A DNA stretch of 64,000 bases, taken from NCBI GenBank assembly GCA_965221185.1, contig OZ244866.1:534901-598900 (forward strand). Reading direction: 5' to 3'. How positions within the stretch are numbered: position 1 is the stretch's first letter; each line of letters opens with the position of its first letter. This stretch comes from Candidatus Aldehydirespirator sp. GTDB taxonomy: Bacteria; Actinomycetota; Acidimicrobiia; Acidimicrobiales; Aldehydirespiratoraceae. Made by a program: the position numbers and the translations under genes. Positions 52,663 to 61,784 of the stretch are shown piece after piece. The notes beneath the pieces are model-generated. The model worked only from the letters and a program-made list of their open reading frames with translations. It made no database searches and was not told where the DNA came from.

Positions 52663-54857
52663 CGGCCGTGGCTTCCGCTAGGGCACGCGCCGCTCCGCCG
52701 CAGGCCTCTGAGCTGCCGCTCGGTTCAAGCGACGATCACTACAAGCAAAGAGCCCTCGACGCTGAGGCAGCCACCGATGTGAACAGGCAGAACACGGATG
52801 CCGCTGACGGAGCGTCCAACGGCTCCTACGACGCCGACTCCATCGAGACGCTCGAGGGCCTGGAAGCGGTGCGCAAGCGGCCGGCCATGTACGTGGGCGG
52901 CAACGGCTCCGACGGACTCATGCACCTGGTCTGGGAGATCGTCGACAACGCCGTCGACGAGGCTGCCGCCGGCTTCGCCACCAGGGTGGACGTGACACTG
53001 CATCGCAAGGGTTACGTCGAGGTTGTCGACGACGGTCGCGGCATCCCGGTCGACATCCACTCCAAGCGCGATGTCTCCGCACTGGAGGTGGTGTTCTCCG
53101 AACTGCACGCGGGCGGGAAGTTCAGCGAGGGCGTCTACAAGGCTTCAGGCGGGCTCCACGGCGTGGGTGCAGCCGTGGTCAACGCCCTCTCCACCCACCT
53201 CGACGTGCAAGTACAGCGCAACGGGATCCTGTATGAGCTGAGCTTCAAGAACCAGAAGCCCGGCCTCTTCGAGAGCGGACGCTTCATAGAGGGAAGCGAG
53301 CTGCGCGCTACCCGCAAGCGCTCCAAGGCCACAGGCACACGGGTGAAGTTCCTTCCCGACACGGAGCTCTTCCATCCCGACGCCCGCATCGATGCCGATG
53401 AGGTTCGAAGGCGGTTCCGCCAGACCTGCTTCCTTGTGCCCGGCTTGAGGATGACGCTGCAGGACAACCGTCCCGATTCCGCTGATGAGCCGTTCGACTT
53501 CGTGAGTCGGGGCGGACTCTCGGACCTGGTCAAGGACCGGTCGTCGGGCGATCCGGTTACCGGCGTGATCACCCTGAACGGGATCGAGCCCTTCACCGAG
53601 AAGGTGCCGATCGACGGCAAGGTCACCGAGGTCGAGCGGGAATGCAGGGTCGACATAGCCATGCGATGGGTGTCCAACTACGACACCGACGTCGCTTCGT
53701 TCGTCAACACCATTCCCACCCCCGCGGGCGGCACCCACCTGGCTGGGTTCGACCGGGCGCTCACTCGGGTGGTCAACAGCATCCTGCTCAGGGACAACCG
53801 CAAGCTCGCCCGACTGGCCCGCCAGGACAAGAACGGCAAGACCAACGCCATCAAAGACGATGTCCAGGAGGGGCTGGTGGCCGCGGTGAAGGTGACGTTC
53901 AGCGAACCGCAGTTCAGGGGTCAGACCAAACAGGAGCTGGGCACCCCCGCAGTGGAGGGCATCGTGGCTCGGGTCGTGTACGAGCAGCTCAAGGAGTGGT
54001 TCGAGCCCGGCGGCGGCCCCCGGTCACAGGCAAAGGCGTTGAGCGACAAGCTCGCGGCCGCCGTCGTTAACCGGGTCGCGTCCAAACAGATGCTCGACAC
54101 GAGACGCAAGGCTGCGAGCTTCGGTTCTACGAACCTCCCCAACAAGCTGGCCGACTGCCGGGTCCACGGTCCGCAGGCCGAGTTGGTGCTCGTGGAGGGC
54201 GACTCGGCTGCTGGCCCGGCCAAGCGAGGCCGCGACTCGAAATTCATGGCGATCCTCCCGCTGAGGGGCAAGATCGTGAACGCGGCCAAGGCCAGTCCCA
54301 AGCAGGTCATGGACAACGCCGAGGCCCAGGCCATCTTCACTGCCATGGGAGCGGGTGTGGGCAAGGATTTCGACGCAGACTCGGCTCGCTACGGCCGGAT
54401 CGTCATCCTCTGCGACGCCGACGTGGACGGCAGCCACATCCGCTGTCTGCTCCTGACGCTGATTCACAAGTACATGACAGAGATGCTGGAGCAGGGCCGC
54501 GTGTTCTCGGCCCAACCGCCGCTGTACACCGCCAAGATCGGCGACCGCACGCACCGCGCCTACTCCGACGAGGAGCGCGACCGGATCACCGAGGAGCTCT
54601 GTCGCGGCAACCGGAAGCGCGAGAGCATCAGGTGGCAGCGCTTCAAGGGCCTCGGGGAGATGAACACCGACGAACTCCGGCATTGCGCGCTGGATCCGGC
54701 CACACGCACGCTGCGCCGCCTCACGATGGCCGACGTGCCGCAGGCCGAAGCTGCGGCGAAGATGTTCGACGTACTGATGGGCAACGATGTCGCACAGCGC
54801 CGCGACTACCTCGTCGAGAACTCGTCGGTGGTGGACGAGGCCACTCTCGACATCTGA
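52656..54857 (+). CDS. Type IIA DNA topoisomerase subunit B (ParE/GyrB-like ATPase-Toprim)
   Basis: LEGLEAVRKRPAMYVG, VWEIVDNAVDE, GGLHGVGA, Toprim EGDSAAG, PLRGKIVNA and DADVDGSHI. Its start overlaps the end of the A subunit; GTG candidates are at 52656, 52659 and 52668. Confidence 0.85.
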   Translation: MVTAVASARARAAPPQASELPLGSSDDHYKQRALDAEAATDVNRQNTDAADGASNGSYDADSIETLEGLEAVRKRPAMYVGGNGSDGLMHLVWEIVDNAVDEAAAGFATRVDVTLHRKGYVEVVDDGRGIPVDIHSKRDVSALEVVFSELHAGGKFSEGVYKASGGLHGVGAAVVNALSTHLDVQVQRNGILYELSFKNQKPGLFESGRFIEGSELRATRKRSKATGTRVKFLPDTELFHPDARIDADEVRRRFRQTCFLVPGLRMTLQDNRPDSADEPFDFVSRGGLSDLVKDRSSGDPVTGVITLNGIEPFTEKVPIDGKVTEVERECRVDIAMRWVSNYDTDVASFVNTIPTPAGGTHLAGFDRALTRVVNSILLRDNRKLARLARQDKNGKTNAIKDDVQEGLVAAVKVTFSEPQFRGQTKQELGTPAVEGIVARVVYEQLKEWFEPGGGPRSQAKALSDKLAAAVVNRVASKQMLDTRRKAASFGSTNLPNKLADCRVHGPQAELVLVEGDSAAGPAKRGRDSKFMAILPLRGKIVNAAKASPKQVMDNAEAQAIFTAMGAGVGKDFDADSARYGRIVILCDADVDGSHIRCLLLTLIHKYMTEMLEQGRVFSAQPPLYTAKIGDRTHRAYSDEERDRITEELCRGNRKRESIRWQRFKGLGEMNTDELRHCALDPATRTLRRLTMADVPQAEAAAKMFDVLMGNDVAQRRDYLVENSSVVDEATLDI

Positions 54858-54884
54858 GCCCGTGGCCCGATCTGTCCCGGAGAA

Positions 54885-54903
54885 CGGCCCGGCATCCGGG
54901 CCG
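54885..54903 (+). terminator. GC hairpin CGGCCCGG-CAT-CCGGGCCG downstream of the topoisomerase B gene
   Basis: Direct reading shows an 8-bp perfect stem and a 3-nt loop, with no U-tract. Confidence 0.35.
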
Positions 54904-54932
54904 GCGTCACACCCGTGAGCTAGAACTGCGGG

Positions 54933-55823
54933 ATGCAGCTCGCATTCGATCCCAGTGACACGCTCGACCGGGGCGGCACCGGGGCAGTGGACGACGACGG
55001 CACCCCGGTACCGCCGCAGCGGCTGTCGCCGTCCGGTGCGTCCACGTTCGAGCAGTGCCCCCGACGGTGGCGGTTCCGCTACGTGGAACGCCTTCCCGAG
55101 CCTTCGGGAGTCGAGGCCCTGGTTGGGACGTTCGCTCACCGGGTGCTGGAGCTCCTGATGCAGCAGCCGCCCGTTCGGCGGACCAGGGACGAGGCCCGGC
55201 GCATCGCGAGGGCGGTGTGGCCCGAGATGGTCGGCGACGAGGACTTCCGGGATCTGGAATTGGGCAGCGACGAGGCTCGAGGGTTCCGCTGGCGCGCCTG
55301 GCGCGCGATCGAGGGTCTGTGGCACTTGGAGGACCCGGCCAGCGTCGAGGTGGAGGCCACCGAGGAGCATGTGTCCGTGACGCTGGGACAGGTGCCGTTC
55401 AGGGGAGTGGTCGACCGCCTAGAGAGGGAACCCGACGGCCTCGTGGTCAGCGACTACAAGTCGGGCCGGGCACCCGCAGCCCGCCACGCGCCCGAACGGC
55501 TGCGGCAGGTGCTGCTCTACGCGGCGGCCATAGCCGAGGAGACTGGCGAGCAGCCGGTACGGGCGCAGCTGCTGTATCTCGGCCAGAGGGTCGTGGCGAC
55601 GGCCGTGACGACCGTAGAGATCAGCGACGCCGTCGACCGGTTGGAGTCGACTTGGAGCGCCATCGCGGACGCCTGCGACGTCGATGACTTCGCAGCCCGG
55701 CCGGGTCCGCTCTGCGGCTACTGCGCATACGCCGAGAACTGCCCGGAGGGCCAGGCTGAGAATCTCCGACGAGCACAGCAGCGAGCCGCCGAAGACGAGC
55801 ACCTGACGAGACTCGCGGGCTAG
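54933..55823 (+). CDS. PD-(D/E)XK nuclease, RecB/Cas4-like with a Cys cluster
   Basis: The N-terminal Cys lies in FEQCPRRWRFRYV and the core is VDRLE..VVSDYKSGR. The C-terminal CGYCAYAENC gives a 1+3 Cys pattern like the 4Fe-4S site of AddB/Cas4 nucleases. Confidence 0.7.
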   Translation: MQLAFDPSDTLDRGGTGAVDDDGTPVPPQRLSPSGASTFEQCPRRWRFRYVERLPEPSGVEALVGTFAHRVLELLMQQPPVRRTRDEARRIARAVWPEMVGDEDFRDLELGSDEARGFRWRAWRAIEGLWHLEDPASVEVEATEEHVSVTLGQVPFRGVVDRLEREPDGLVVSDYKSGRAPAARHAPERLRQVLLYAAAIAEETGEQPVRAQLLYLGQRVVATAVTTVEISDAVDRLESTWSAIADACDVDDFAARPGPLCGYCAYAENCPEGQAENLRRAQQRAAEDEHLTRLAG

Positions 55824-55899
55824 CCCCACCAGGCAAGGACGCCGCCGGGTGGGTCTCGAATCGGGGCGAGCACAGGCCCGGCCGGGCCGCTCGCCGGCT

Positions 55900-56175
55900 T
55901 CACCGCCCCCGGTGCGTCCACCGCCTCCACAGCCACCACAGCGCCGCCAGGGCGGTCGCCGCGCCCAGCAGTGTGGAGATTCCCGCGGAATACAGCAGCC
56001 TGTCGCTCCAGGTGCTTGCTGGTTCGGGCGTCGCGCCCGAACCGGGAGTCGCAGTTGCCTCCTGGATGGGTTGCGGCGGAGGGTCTGTCTCCCCGTCAAG
56101 GAGCGAATCGACTACTGAGGCCTGGAGTGGATCGGGTCGGTGACGGGGCCGGTCGCTCTGTGGGTCATATGCCAT
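55900..56175 (-). CDS. Small Pro/acidic-rich tail-anchored membrane protein, translationally coupled to ParA
   Basis: The ATG at 56175 overlaps the ParA 3-prime end by 11 nt. The C-terminal TM is LLYSAGISTLLGAATALAALWWLW followed by RRW. Confidence 0.5.
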   Translation of the reverse strand: MAYDPQSDRPRHRPDPLQASVVDSLLDGETDPPPQPIQEATATPGSGATPEPASTWSDRLLYSAGISTLLGAATALAALWWLWRRWTHRGR

Positions 56176-57001
56176 TGCGGTCCTCCGGGCGTTCTGTATC
56201 GATCACACGGTCGTAGATCTGGTCGAACTCGGCGCACGCCTCGGCCGCGCCCCGGCGGGGCGGAAGGGCGTGTATGGGCAGAGAGCGGGCCGCGGCCTCC
56301 GCCACCGCCGCCCGCAGGCGTACCGGCGGAAGGACCAGAGAGCCGTGATTGGCGATGAGCTGCTCGTGCCAGTAGCGCGAGTCGCGCGTGCGGGCCAGAC
56401 GGTTGACGGCCACACCCGACACCGAGAGTCCCGACGGCTTCCTGGAGGCGACCCGATCGATGGTCCGGAGAATCTCGCTGACCCCGTCTGAGGCCCACGC
56501 GCTCGGCTCGGTCACGACCAGGGCAGCGTCGGCCGCGAACAGGGCGTTGATCGTCAGGAGGCCGAGCGACGGGGGGCAGTCGATAAGGACCAGGCTCTGA
56601 TTTCCCGACAGCGCGACCCGGAGCCGGTCTTGCGCCCCGACAGGATCCGAGAGCAGCTGGCGCTCCCGTCCGGCCAGTGCTGGCGTGGATGGCACGATCC
56701 GGGGCGGCAGGCCCTTGTTGTCGGGCCATCCCGACGGCAGGGCCAGGTCCTCGACGATCCCGGGCCGGTCGGATTCCAGAGCCTCGTCCACGGTCGCGGC
56801 AGGCGCCCACACGCCCAGTCCCGTGGTGGCGTTGCGCTGGGGATCCAGGTCGATGACAAGGCTCGGTAGCCGCCTCGCCCACGCAGCTGACGCCAGCCCG
56901 AGCGCAGTGGTCGTCTTGCCTACCCCGCCCTTCTGGTTGACCAGCGCGATCACTACCACGCCCTGAACGGTAGCTAGGAAGGGCGATACCACGCGCAACA
57001 T
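56165..57001 (-). CDS. ParA/Soj-family ATPase (orphan; no ParB seen in the window)
   Basis: Deviant Walker A NQKGGVGKTT and LVLIDCPPSLG. ATG at 57001; the track GTG at 57049 is also possible. Confidence 0.8.
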   Translation of the reverse strand: MLRVVSPFLATVQGVVVIALVNQKGGVGKTTTALGLASAAWARRLPSLVIDLDPQRNATTGLGVWAPAATVDEALESDRPGIVEDLALPSGWPDNKGLPPRIVPSTPALAGRERQLLSDPVGAQDRLRVALSGNQSLVLIDCPPSLGLLTINALFAADAALVVTEPSAWASDGVSEILRTIDRVASRKPSGLSVSGVAVNRLARTRDSRYWHEQLIANHGSLVLPPVRLRAAVAEAAARSLPIHALPPRRGAAEACAEFDQIYDRVIDTERPEDRNGI

Positions 57002-57063
57002 CGCACGGAAGCTCCGCTCGACGGAGCACACTTTCACCCATGGTTGCACGCGGCCGCACCGGA

Positions 57064-58281
57064 ATGGCGCTCAGGCGGGCCGCAGCGAACTGGGCACGCG
57101 ACCTGCTCGCGGTCCGGAGCGCTTTCGGCGCTCTCGTGGTGGCGGCCGTCGCCAGTCTGGTGGCAGGACTGATTCTCGCGGCCATCACCGACACCCTCGA
57201 GGAGCTTCCGGGCCTGCTCCTTCTGGTTCCGGCCGCGATCGCGGTGAAGGGCAACATCTTCGGCGCGCTGGGCAGCCGGCTCGGCACGGCCAGCCATGCC
57301 GGCACATTGCGGCTGTCCGGCGGCCGGAACTCGGTGATGATGCAGAACGCGGTCGCGTCGGTGGGTCTGAGCCTCGTGCTCGGTGTGGCGTTGGCGGTGA
57401 TGGCGAAGGGTGTGGCGCTGGCCTTCAACGTCTCGCCGACCATGAGCCTGGCCGATTTCGTGGTGATATCGGCGCTCGGGTGCCTGATCGCCGCGTTTGT
57501 CGTCTTGGCTTTCACCTTGGCGACTACGGCCGGTGCTGTGCGCTTCGGCTGGGATCTCGACAACGTCGTGGCTCCCATGGTGACGGTCGCAGGCGACGTG
57601 GTGACCCTGCCCTCGCTGGTGGTGGCGGCCGAGCTTGCCGGGGTGGACGTCCTCACGCCGTCAGTCGCTTGGACGCTGGCGGTGATGGCGGCTGCTTCGA
57701 TGGTGTGGGGTCTGCGGAGCAGGCTGGCGGTGGTGCGGGCCATCATGCGCGACTCGATCCCGGTCCTGGTCGGCGCCGGGCTGCTCGACCTGGTGGCTGG
57801 GATCACGGTGGAGAAGCGCATCGATGACTTCCTCGAGTTCCCGGTCTTGCTCGTGTTGCTCCCGGGATTCCTGAGCACCGCCGGGGCGCTCGGCGGTGTG
57901 CTGTCGAGCCGGCTGTCCACCAAGCTGCACCTCGGACTCGCCCGGCCCGCGGCTCTGCCGGCGGGGGCGGCGCGGGTCGACCTCGCCACCACGTTCGCGC
58001 TGGCCATCCCAGTGTTCGCGCTCCTCGGCCTGGTGGCCTCAACCGCGGGTGGCCTGACGGGCCACGCCGGCCCTGCGTTGGCGGAGTTGGTGGGCGTGGC
58101 CGTGCTCGGCGGCCTGCTGGCCACGGTGTTGGTGGTAGTGGTCGCCTACTACGGGACGCTCGCGGCGGTGCGATTCGGGCTGGACCCGGACACCTACGGG
58201 ATCCCCATGGTCACCTCGTCGCTGGATCTGGTCGGTGCCTTCACCCTGATCGTCGCCGTGGTCCTGGTGGGCGTGGCATGA
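57064..58281 (+). CDS. MgtE/SLC41-type divalent cation channel, duplicated transmembrane domain only (no cytosolic N/CBS domains)
   Basis: There are two repeats of the MgtE TM-domain pattern: PAAIAVKGNIFGALGSRLGTA and PGFLSTAGALGGVLSSRLSTKLHLG, ending ..GIPMVTSSLDLVG. The start could be 57040 or 57064. Confidence 0.65.
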   Translation: MALRRAAANWARDLLAVRSAFGALVVAAVASLVAGLILAAITDTLEELPGLLLLVPAAIAVKGNIFGALGSRLGTASHAGTLRLSGGRNSVMMQNAVASVGLSLVLGVALAVMAKGVALAFNVSPTMSLADFVVISALGCLIAAFVVLAFTLATTAGAVRFGWDLDNVVAPMVTVAGDVVTLPSLVVAAELAGVDVLTPSVAWTLAVMAAASMVWGLRSRLAVVRAIMRDSIPVLVGAGLLDLVAGITVEKRIDDFLEFPVLLVLLPGFLSTAGALGGVLSSRLSTKLHLGLARPAALPAGAARVDLATTFALAIPVFALLGLVASTAGGLTGHAGPALAELVGVAVLGGLLATVLVVVVAYYGTLAAVRFGLDPDTYGIPMVTSSLDLVGAFTLIVAVVLVGVA

Positions 58282-58321
58282 CCGGCACCGTGCTGCATAC
58301 GATGATCGCAGGAGAAACCTG

Positions 58322-59560
58322 ATGGAAGACAGACCTCGCAACCTGCGGGAGATGCTGGCGGAGGCCAAGAACACCTCCGAGCTGATGGTGGACCTCGCCT
58401 ACGCAGCGCTGTATTTCGGAGATCCCGGCATGGCCGACGAGGTGAGTTCGCTCGAGGAGCGCATGAGCCACCTCGTGCAGGACATGAGGGCGGTGTGCAT
58501 ACTCGCGGTTCGCCACCCCCGCGACGCCGACGGCATGTCGTCAGTGCTTCAGGTGATCTCAGCCATCGAGCGCATTGCCAACGACGCGGTCGACATCGCC
58601 CGCATCGTCACCCACCGGGTCGGCATACCGGCGGAGCTCGTGGCCGAACTGAGCGCGGCTGAGGAGGTGTCTCACCGTGTGCTCGTGTCCGACGGCTCCC
58701 TGCTCGCCCACCGGCACCTGGCCGACCACGAGATGCCGGCCAAGATGGGCATGCGGGTGATGGCCGTGCGCCGCGAGCGGGAGTGGATCACAGATGTGGG
58801 CGGCGAAACGGTGCTCGTGCCCGACGACGTGCTGTTCCTTAGGGGATCACCCGACGGAATCGTCGCATTGCGCTCTCTGGCGGGGTCGCCTGAGTGGTCC
58901 CCGCCCGAAGAGCCTGTCGGCCCACGCGCCTCTGATCTTCGCCGGGCCGCGAACGCGCTGGTGGAGATGAAGGATCTCTCGGAGGTGGCGGTGGGCTTGG
59001 CCTACTCGGCGCTGGTGCTGCGAGACGAGAGCCTGGCTGCCGAGGTGCGCCACCTCGAGGACCGTCTCGACGAGATGAAGGACCGCCTGGAGGAGTGGGT
59101 GCTGCGCGCGGCCAGGGAGCATGTCGACCAGACGGGACTGCGAGGCCTGCTGCACTTGTCCCAAGCAGCGGAGGACCTGGGCGACCAGGCCCAGCAGATG
59201 GTGTGGATCATCGAGCGCCAGGAGCAGATCCACCCGATCCTCGCGGTGGCGCTCGGCGACAGCGAGGACGTGGTCGTGCACGTACCGGTGGCGGAGGGCT
59301 CCGAGGCTGACGGCCGGACGCTGGGCGACCTCAGGCTGAACATCGAGCCCGGATTCACTGTGCTGGCCATTCGCCGGGGGGGTCAGTACCGGTACCGGCC
59401 GGGCGGGATTGTCAAGCTCGAGACCGGTGACGCTCTGATCGCCAGCGGTCCCGACGAGGGGCGCGAGCGTCTGGCCGAGATCTGCGGCTGGCTGCTCACG
59501 AACCGAGACGACGATGCGGCCATGGTCCTCGAGCCCCTGGGATCGACGGCGGCGTGCTAG
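58322..59560 (+). CDS. Cytosolic regulator with 2 x (PhoU-like helical domain + TrkA-C/RCK-C domain)
   Basis: Duplicated pattern: ..ELMVDLAYAALYFGD..EVSSLEERM.. followed by a beta-rich ..HLADHEMPAKMGMRVMAVRRE.. domain. The same order then recurs (EMKDLSEVAVGLAYSALV.. / ..LGDLRLNIEPGFTVLAIRRGG..). Confidence 0.6.
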   Translation: MEDRPRNLREMLAEAKNTSELMVDLAYAALYFGDPGMADEVSSLEERMSHLVQDMRAVCILAVRHPRDADGMSSVLQVISAIERIANDAVDIARIVTHRVGIPAELVAELSAAEEVSHRVLVSDGSLLAHRHLADHEMPAKMGMRVMAVRREREWITDVGGETVLVPDDVLFLRGSPDGIVALRSLAGSPEWSPPEEPVGPRASDLRRAANALVEMKDLSEVAVGLAYSALVLRDESLAAEVRHLEDRLDEMKDRLEEWVLRAAREHVDQTGLRGLLHLSQAAEDLGDQAQQMVWIIERQEQIHPILAVALGDSEDVVVHVPVAEGSEADGRTLGDLRLNIEPGFTVLAIRRGGQYRYRPGGIVKLETGDALIASGPDEGRERLAEICGWLLTNRDDDAAMVLEPLGSTAAC

Positions 59561-59579
59561 CGCGCCCCACAGCGCTAGC
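59556..59579 (+). terminator. Perfect 8-bp inverted repeat GCTAGCGC-N8-GCGCTAGC overlapping the stop codon of the PhoU/TrkA-C gene
   Basis: Direct reading. Confidence 0.35.
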
Positions 59580-59589
59580 TTCACCGGTC

Positions 59590-60477
59590 ATGGCAACTGC
59601 GGCCGACCGACTCTGCCTGCTGACCGTTCACGCCCATCCTGACGACGAGGCGTCCAAAGGCGCGCCCACCGTGGCCCGCTACCACGCCGAGGGCGTGCGC
59701 ACGGTGCTTGTGTGCTGCACAGGGGGAGAGGAGGGCGAGATCCTCAACCCAGCGCTCGACGATCCCTCCATGTCCGAGAAGCTGGCCGAGGTGCGGGCCG
59801 AGGAGCTGGCCCGGGCTGCGAAGGTGATCGGCTACGACAAGGTGGTGATGCTCGGCTATCGAGACTCGGGCATGGAGGGTTCGGAGGCCAACGCCCACCC
59901 CGACTGCTTCGCCAAGGCCGACTTGGAGGAGGCGGTGGCCCGGCTGGTGGCGGTGATCCGGCAGCACCGGCCCCAAGTGATGGTGACCTATCCCGAGCAT
60001 CAGGGCGGCTACATGCACCCGGACCACGTACGGGTCCACGACGCTTCCGTGCCCGCCTTCGAGCGCGCCGGCGACCCTCAGTACCGTCCTGACCTCGGCG
60101 AGCCGTGGGCGCCGGCCAAGCTCTACTACACCCTGTGGTCTCGCAAGCGCATCGAGGAGCGACATCGGGCGTTCCAGGATCTCGGCTTGGAGTCGCCCTA
60201 CAGCGACTGGTGGTTCAAGCGCCCCTCCACCGACGACCAGATCACCACCCAGGTTCCCGTCGACGGGTTCATCGACGCGCGCATCGAGGGTTTGCTGGCC
60301 CACGCCACCCAGATCGACCCGGAATCGACCTTCTGGTTCGGGCTGCCAGCCGAAGTTGAGCGGTCGATCCATCCCTACGACGACTACGTGCTGGCCCGCG
60401 GGCCGCGCCCGGCGACGCTGCCTGAGCGCGACCTGTTCGAGGGGCTGCGGCCGGAGCCGAATGGCGATCTCGGCTGA
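59590..60477 (+). CDS. mca: Mycothiol S-conjugate amidase (PIG-L/LmbE deacetylase family, Mca/MshB type)
   Basis: ATG at 59590. It has LLTVHAHPDDE, MLGYRDSGM and HPDH motifs, with a length and C-terminal region typical of Mca. Confidence 0.75.
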   Translation: MATAADRLCLLTVHAHPDDEASKGAPTVARYHAEGVRTVLVCCTGGEEGEILNPALDDPSMSEKLAEVRAEELARAAKVIGYDKVVMLGYRDSGMEGSEANAHPDCFAKADLEEAVARLVAVIRQHRPQVMVTYPEHQGGYMHPDHVRVHDASVPAFERAGDPQYRPDLGEPWAPAKLYYTLWSRKRIEERHRAFQDLGLESPYSDWWFKRPSTDDQITTQVPVDGFIDARIEGLLAHATQIDPESTFWFGLPAEVERSIHPYDDYVLARGPRPATLPERDLFEGLRPEPNGDLG

Positions 60478-60853
60478 CGCGGTTCCGGAGCCTCTCAACG
60501 AAGGGTGGCTGGAGCAGGTCGCCGCCGCGCTGGAGAACGTTGATGCCTCCGGTGCGGCCGACGGGGTGGCACAGGTCACCGTGAGCGGCTCGCCTCGTGG
60601 CGCGGCAGCGTTTCACGCTGTGGTCGCGGCCGGCCGCGTGATCGTGTCGGCGGGGCGCCATCCGCAGCCCGACTTGGTGGTCGGGTGGTCGTATCCGGAC
60701 TTCGTGCAGGCCTGGCAGGGCGGGTTGTCTCTTGAGGCGGCCTACATGTCGGGCCGGATGAAGCTCGAGGGAGATCAGGTGCTGTTGTTCGACGGCTGGC
60801 GGCCGCTGCTGCGATCATCTGCGCTTCGGGAGGCTCTCGCCGCCCTGTGCTGA
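60461..60853 (+). CDS. SCP2/sterol-carrier-like domain protein
   Basis: ATG at 60461 overlaps the mca end by 17 nt. The C-terminal AAYMSGRMKLEGDQVLL matches the SCP2 signature. Confidence 0.55.
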   Translation: MAISADAVPEPLNEGWLEQVAAALENVDASGAADGVAQVTVSGSPRGAAAFHAVVAAGRVIVSAGRHPQPDLVVGWSYPDFVQAWQGGLSLEAAYMSGRMKLEGDQVLLFDGWRPLLRSSALREALAALC

Positions 60854-60877
60854 GCTGGCGGCCGCGGTTGCCAGGTG

Positions 60878-61747
60878 TCAGATCCGGTGCCGGGCCCGCC
60901 TCTGGGCGCTGCGCAGTGCGCGGTAGCCGACCGCGACAGCACCGGATTGCTGGAGCAGTTCGGCCATCTCGCTGGACACGGCCAGCGCGAGGTCGTCGAC
61001 CCGACCCGCCGCCGAGGGGTCGATGGCGTGGATCTCCGGCTCATCGAGCGCGGGGCACAGCGAAAGCTCGGTGACGCCGGGAGCGAGGTCGGACAGTTGT
61101 TCGAGCACGTGGGGCCGAGCGTTGCCCCGCACGAGCCGGAAGTGGACTGGAAACACTATGCCCTCGGACTCCGCCAGCGACCGGAACGGGAATCCGGCGT
61201 TGGCCTCGGCCTCGGGGCCCTCGAGCCGCACCGGGAGGTCGAAGGACACGGCGAGGTCCAACAGCACGTCGAAGAACTCCGGGCGTTGCTGCAGGGCGGC
61301 CATGTGCGTGGAAAGGTGGGTCACGTCGAACCCCCACAGCACGGCCCGCTCAAGTTGGGCGCGACACTCGCGCCGGACCTCGTCGATGTCCGCGTGGTCC
61401 CATAGGTCCTGCAGCGTCCGGGGGAATCCGCCGTCGCCGTCGAGAAGGCTCGGGGCGTTGGTGATCGGCCCCCAACGGAAGCAGTCGAGCTCTGAGTTGA
61501 GCGTGAGGTGGACGCCGAGGTCCTCGCCGCGGTAGAGCTCGGCCGCGTGGCGTGCCCACGCGCCGGGCATCACTATCGTGCCGGTCGTGGCGGCGCCCTC
61601 CCGCAGCGCCCGATAGCCCCCGGCGGTGGACGAGTGAGTGGTGCCGATGCGGTCCGCGCTGACGATCACGAGCCTTGCGTCAGGCGGGTGCCCGAGGCGC
61701 TCCACCAGCGATTGCACGGCCTTGACGGTATCTGACTCCCGGACCAC
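60878..61747 (-). CDS. YdjC/ChbG-like carbohydrate deacetylase family protein (divergent)
   Basis: LVIVSADRIG, LGVHLTLNSE and THLSTHM resemble the YdjC ADDxG / GxHxxL / DSHxH blocks, but with substitutions. Confidence 0.45.
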   Translation of the reverse strand: MVRESDTVKAVQSLVERLGHPPDARLVIVSADRIGTTHSSTAGGYRALREGAATTGTIVMPGAWARHAAELYRGEDLGVHLTLNSELDCFRWGPITNAPSLLDGDGGFPRTLQDLWDHADIDEVRRECRAQLERAVLWGFDVTHLSTHMAALQQRPEFFDVLLDLAVSFDLPVRLEGPEAEANAGFPFRSLAESEGIVFPVHFRLVRGNARPHVLEQLSDLAPGVTELSLCPALDEPEIHAIDPSAAGRVDDLALAVSSEMAELLQQSGAVAVGYRALRSAQRRARHRI

Positions 61748-61784
61748 ATCTCACTTCGACGCCCGTGCCGGTCGGCCGGGAGTC

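Noticed and set aside
50122-54857. Calling the topoisomerase pair gyrA/gyrB
   Set aside because: The gene order is reversed and there is no GyrA-box in the A-subunit CTD. The context is not origin-proximal (no dnaA/dnaN/recF seen). It is kept as a generic type IIA topoisomerase (ParC/ParE- or TopoNM-like).
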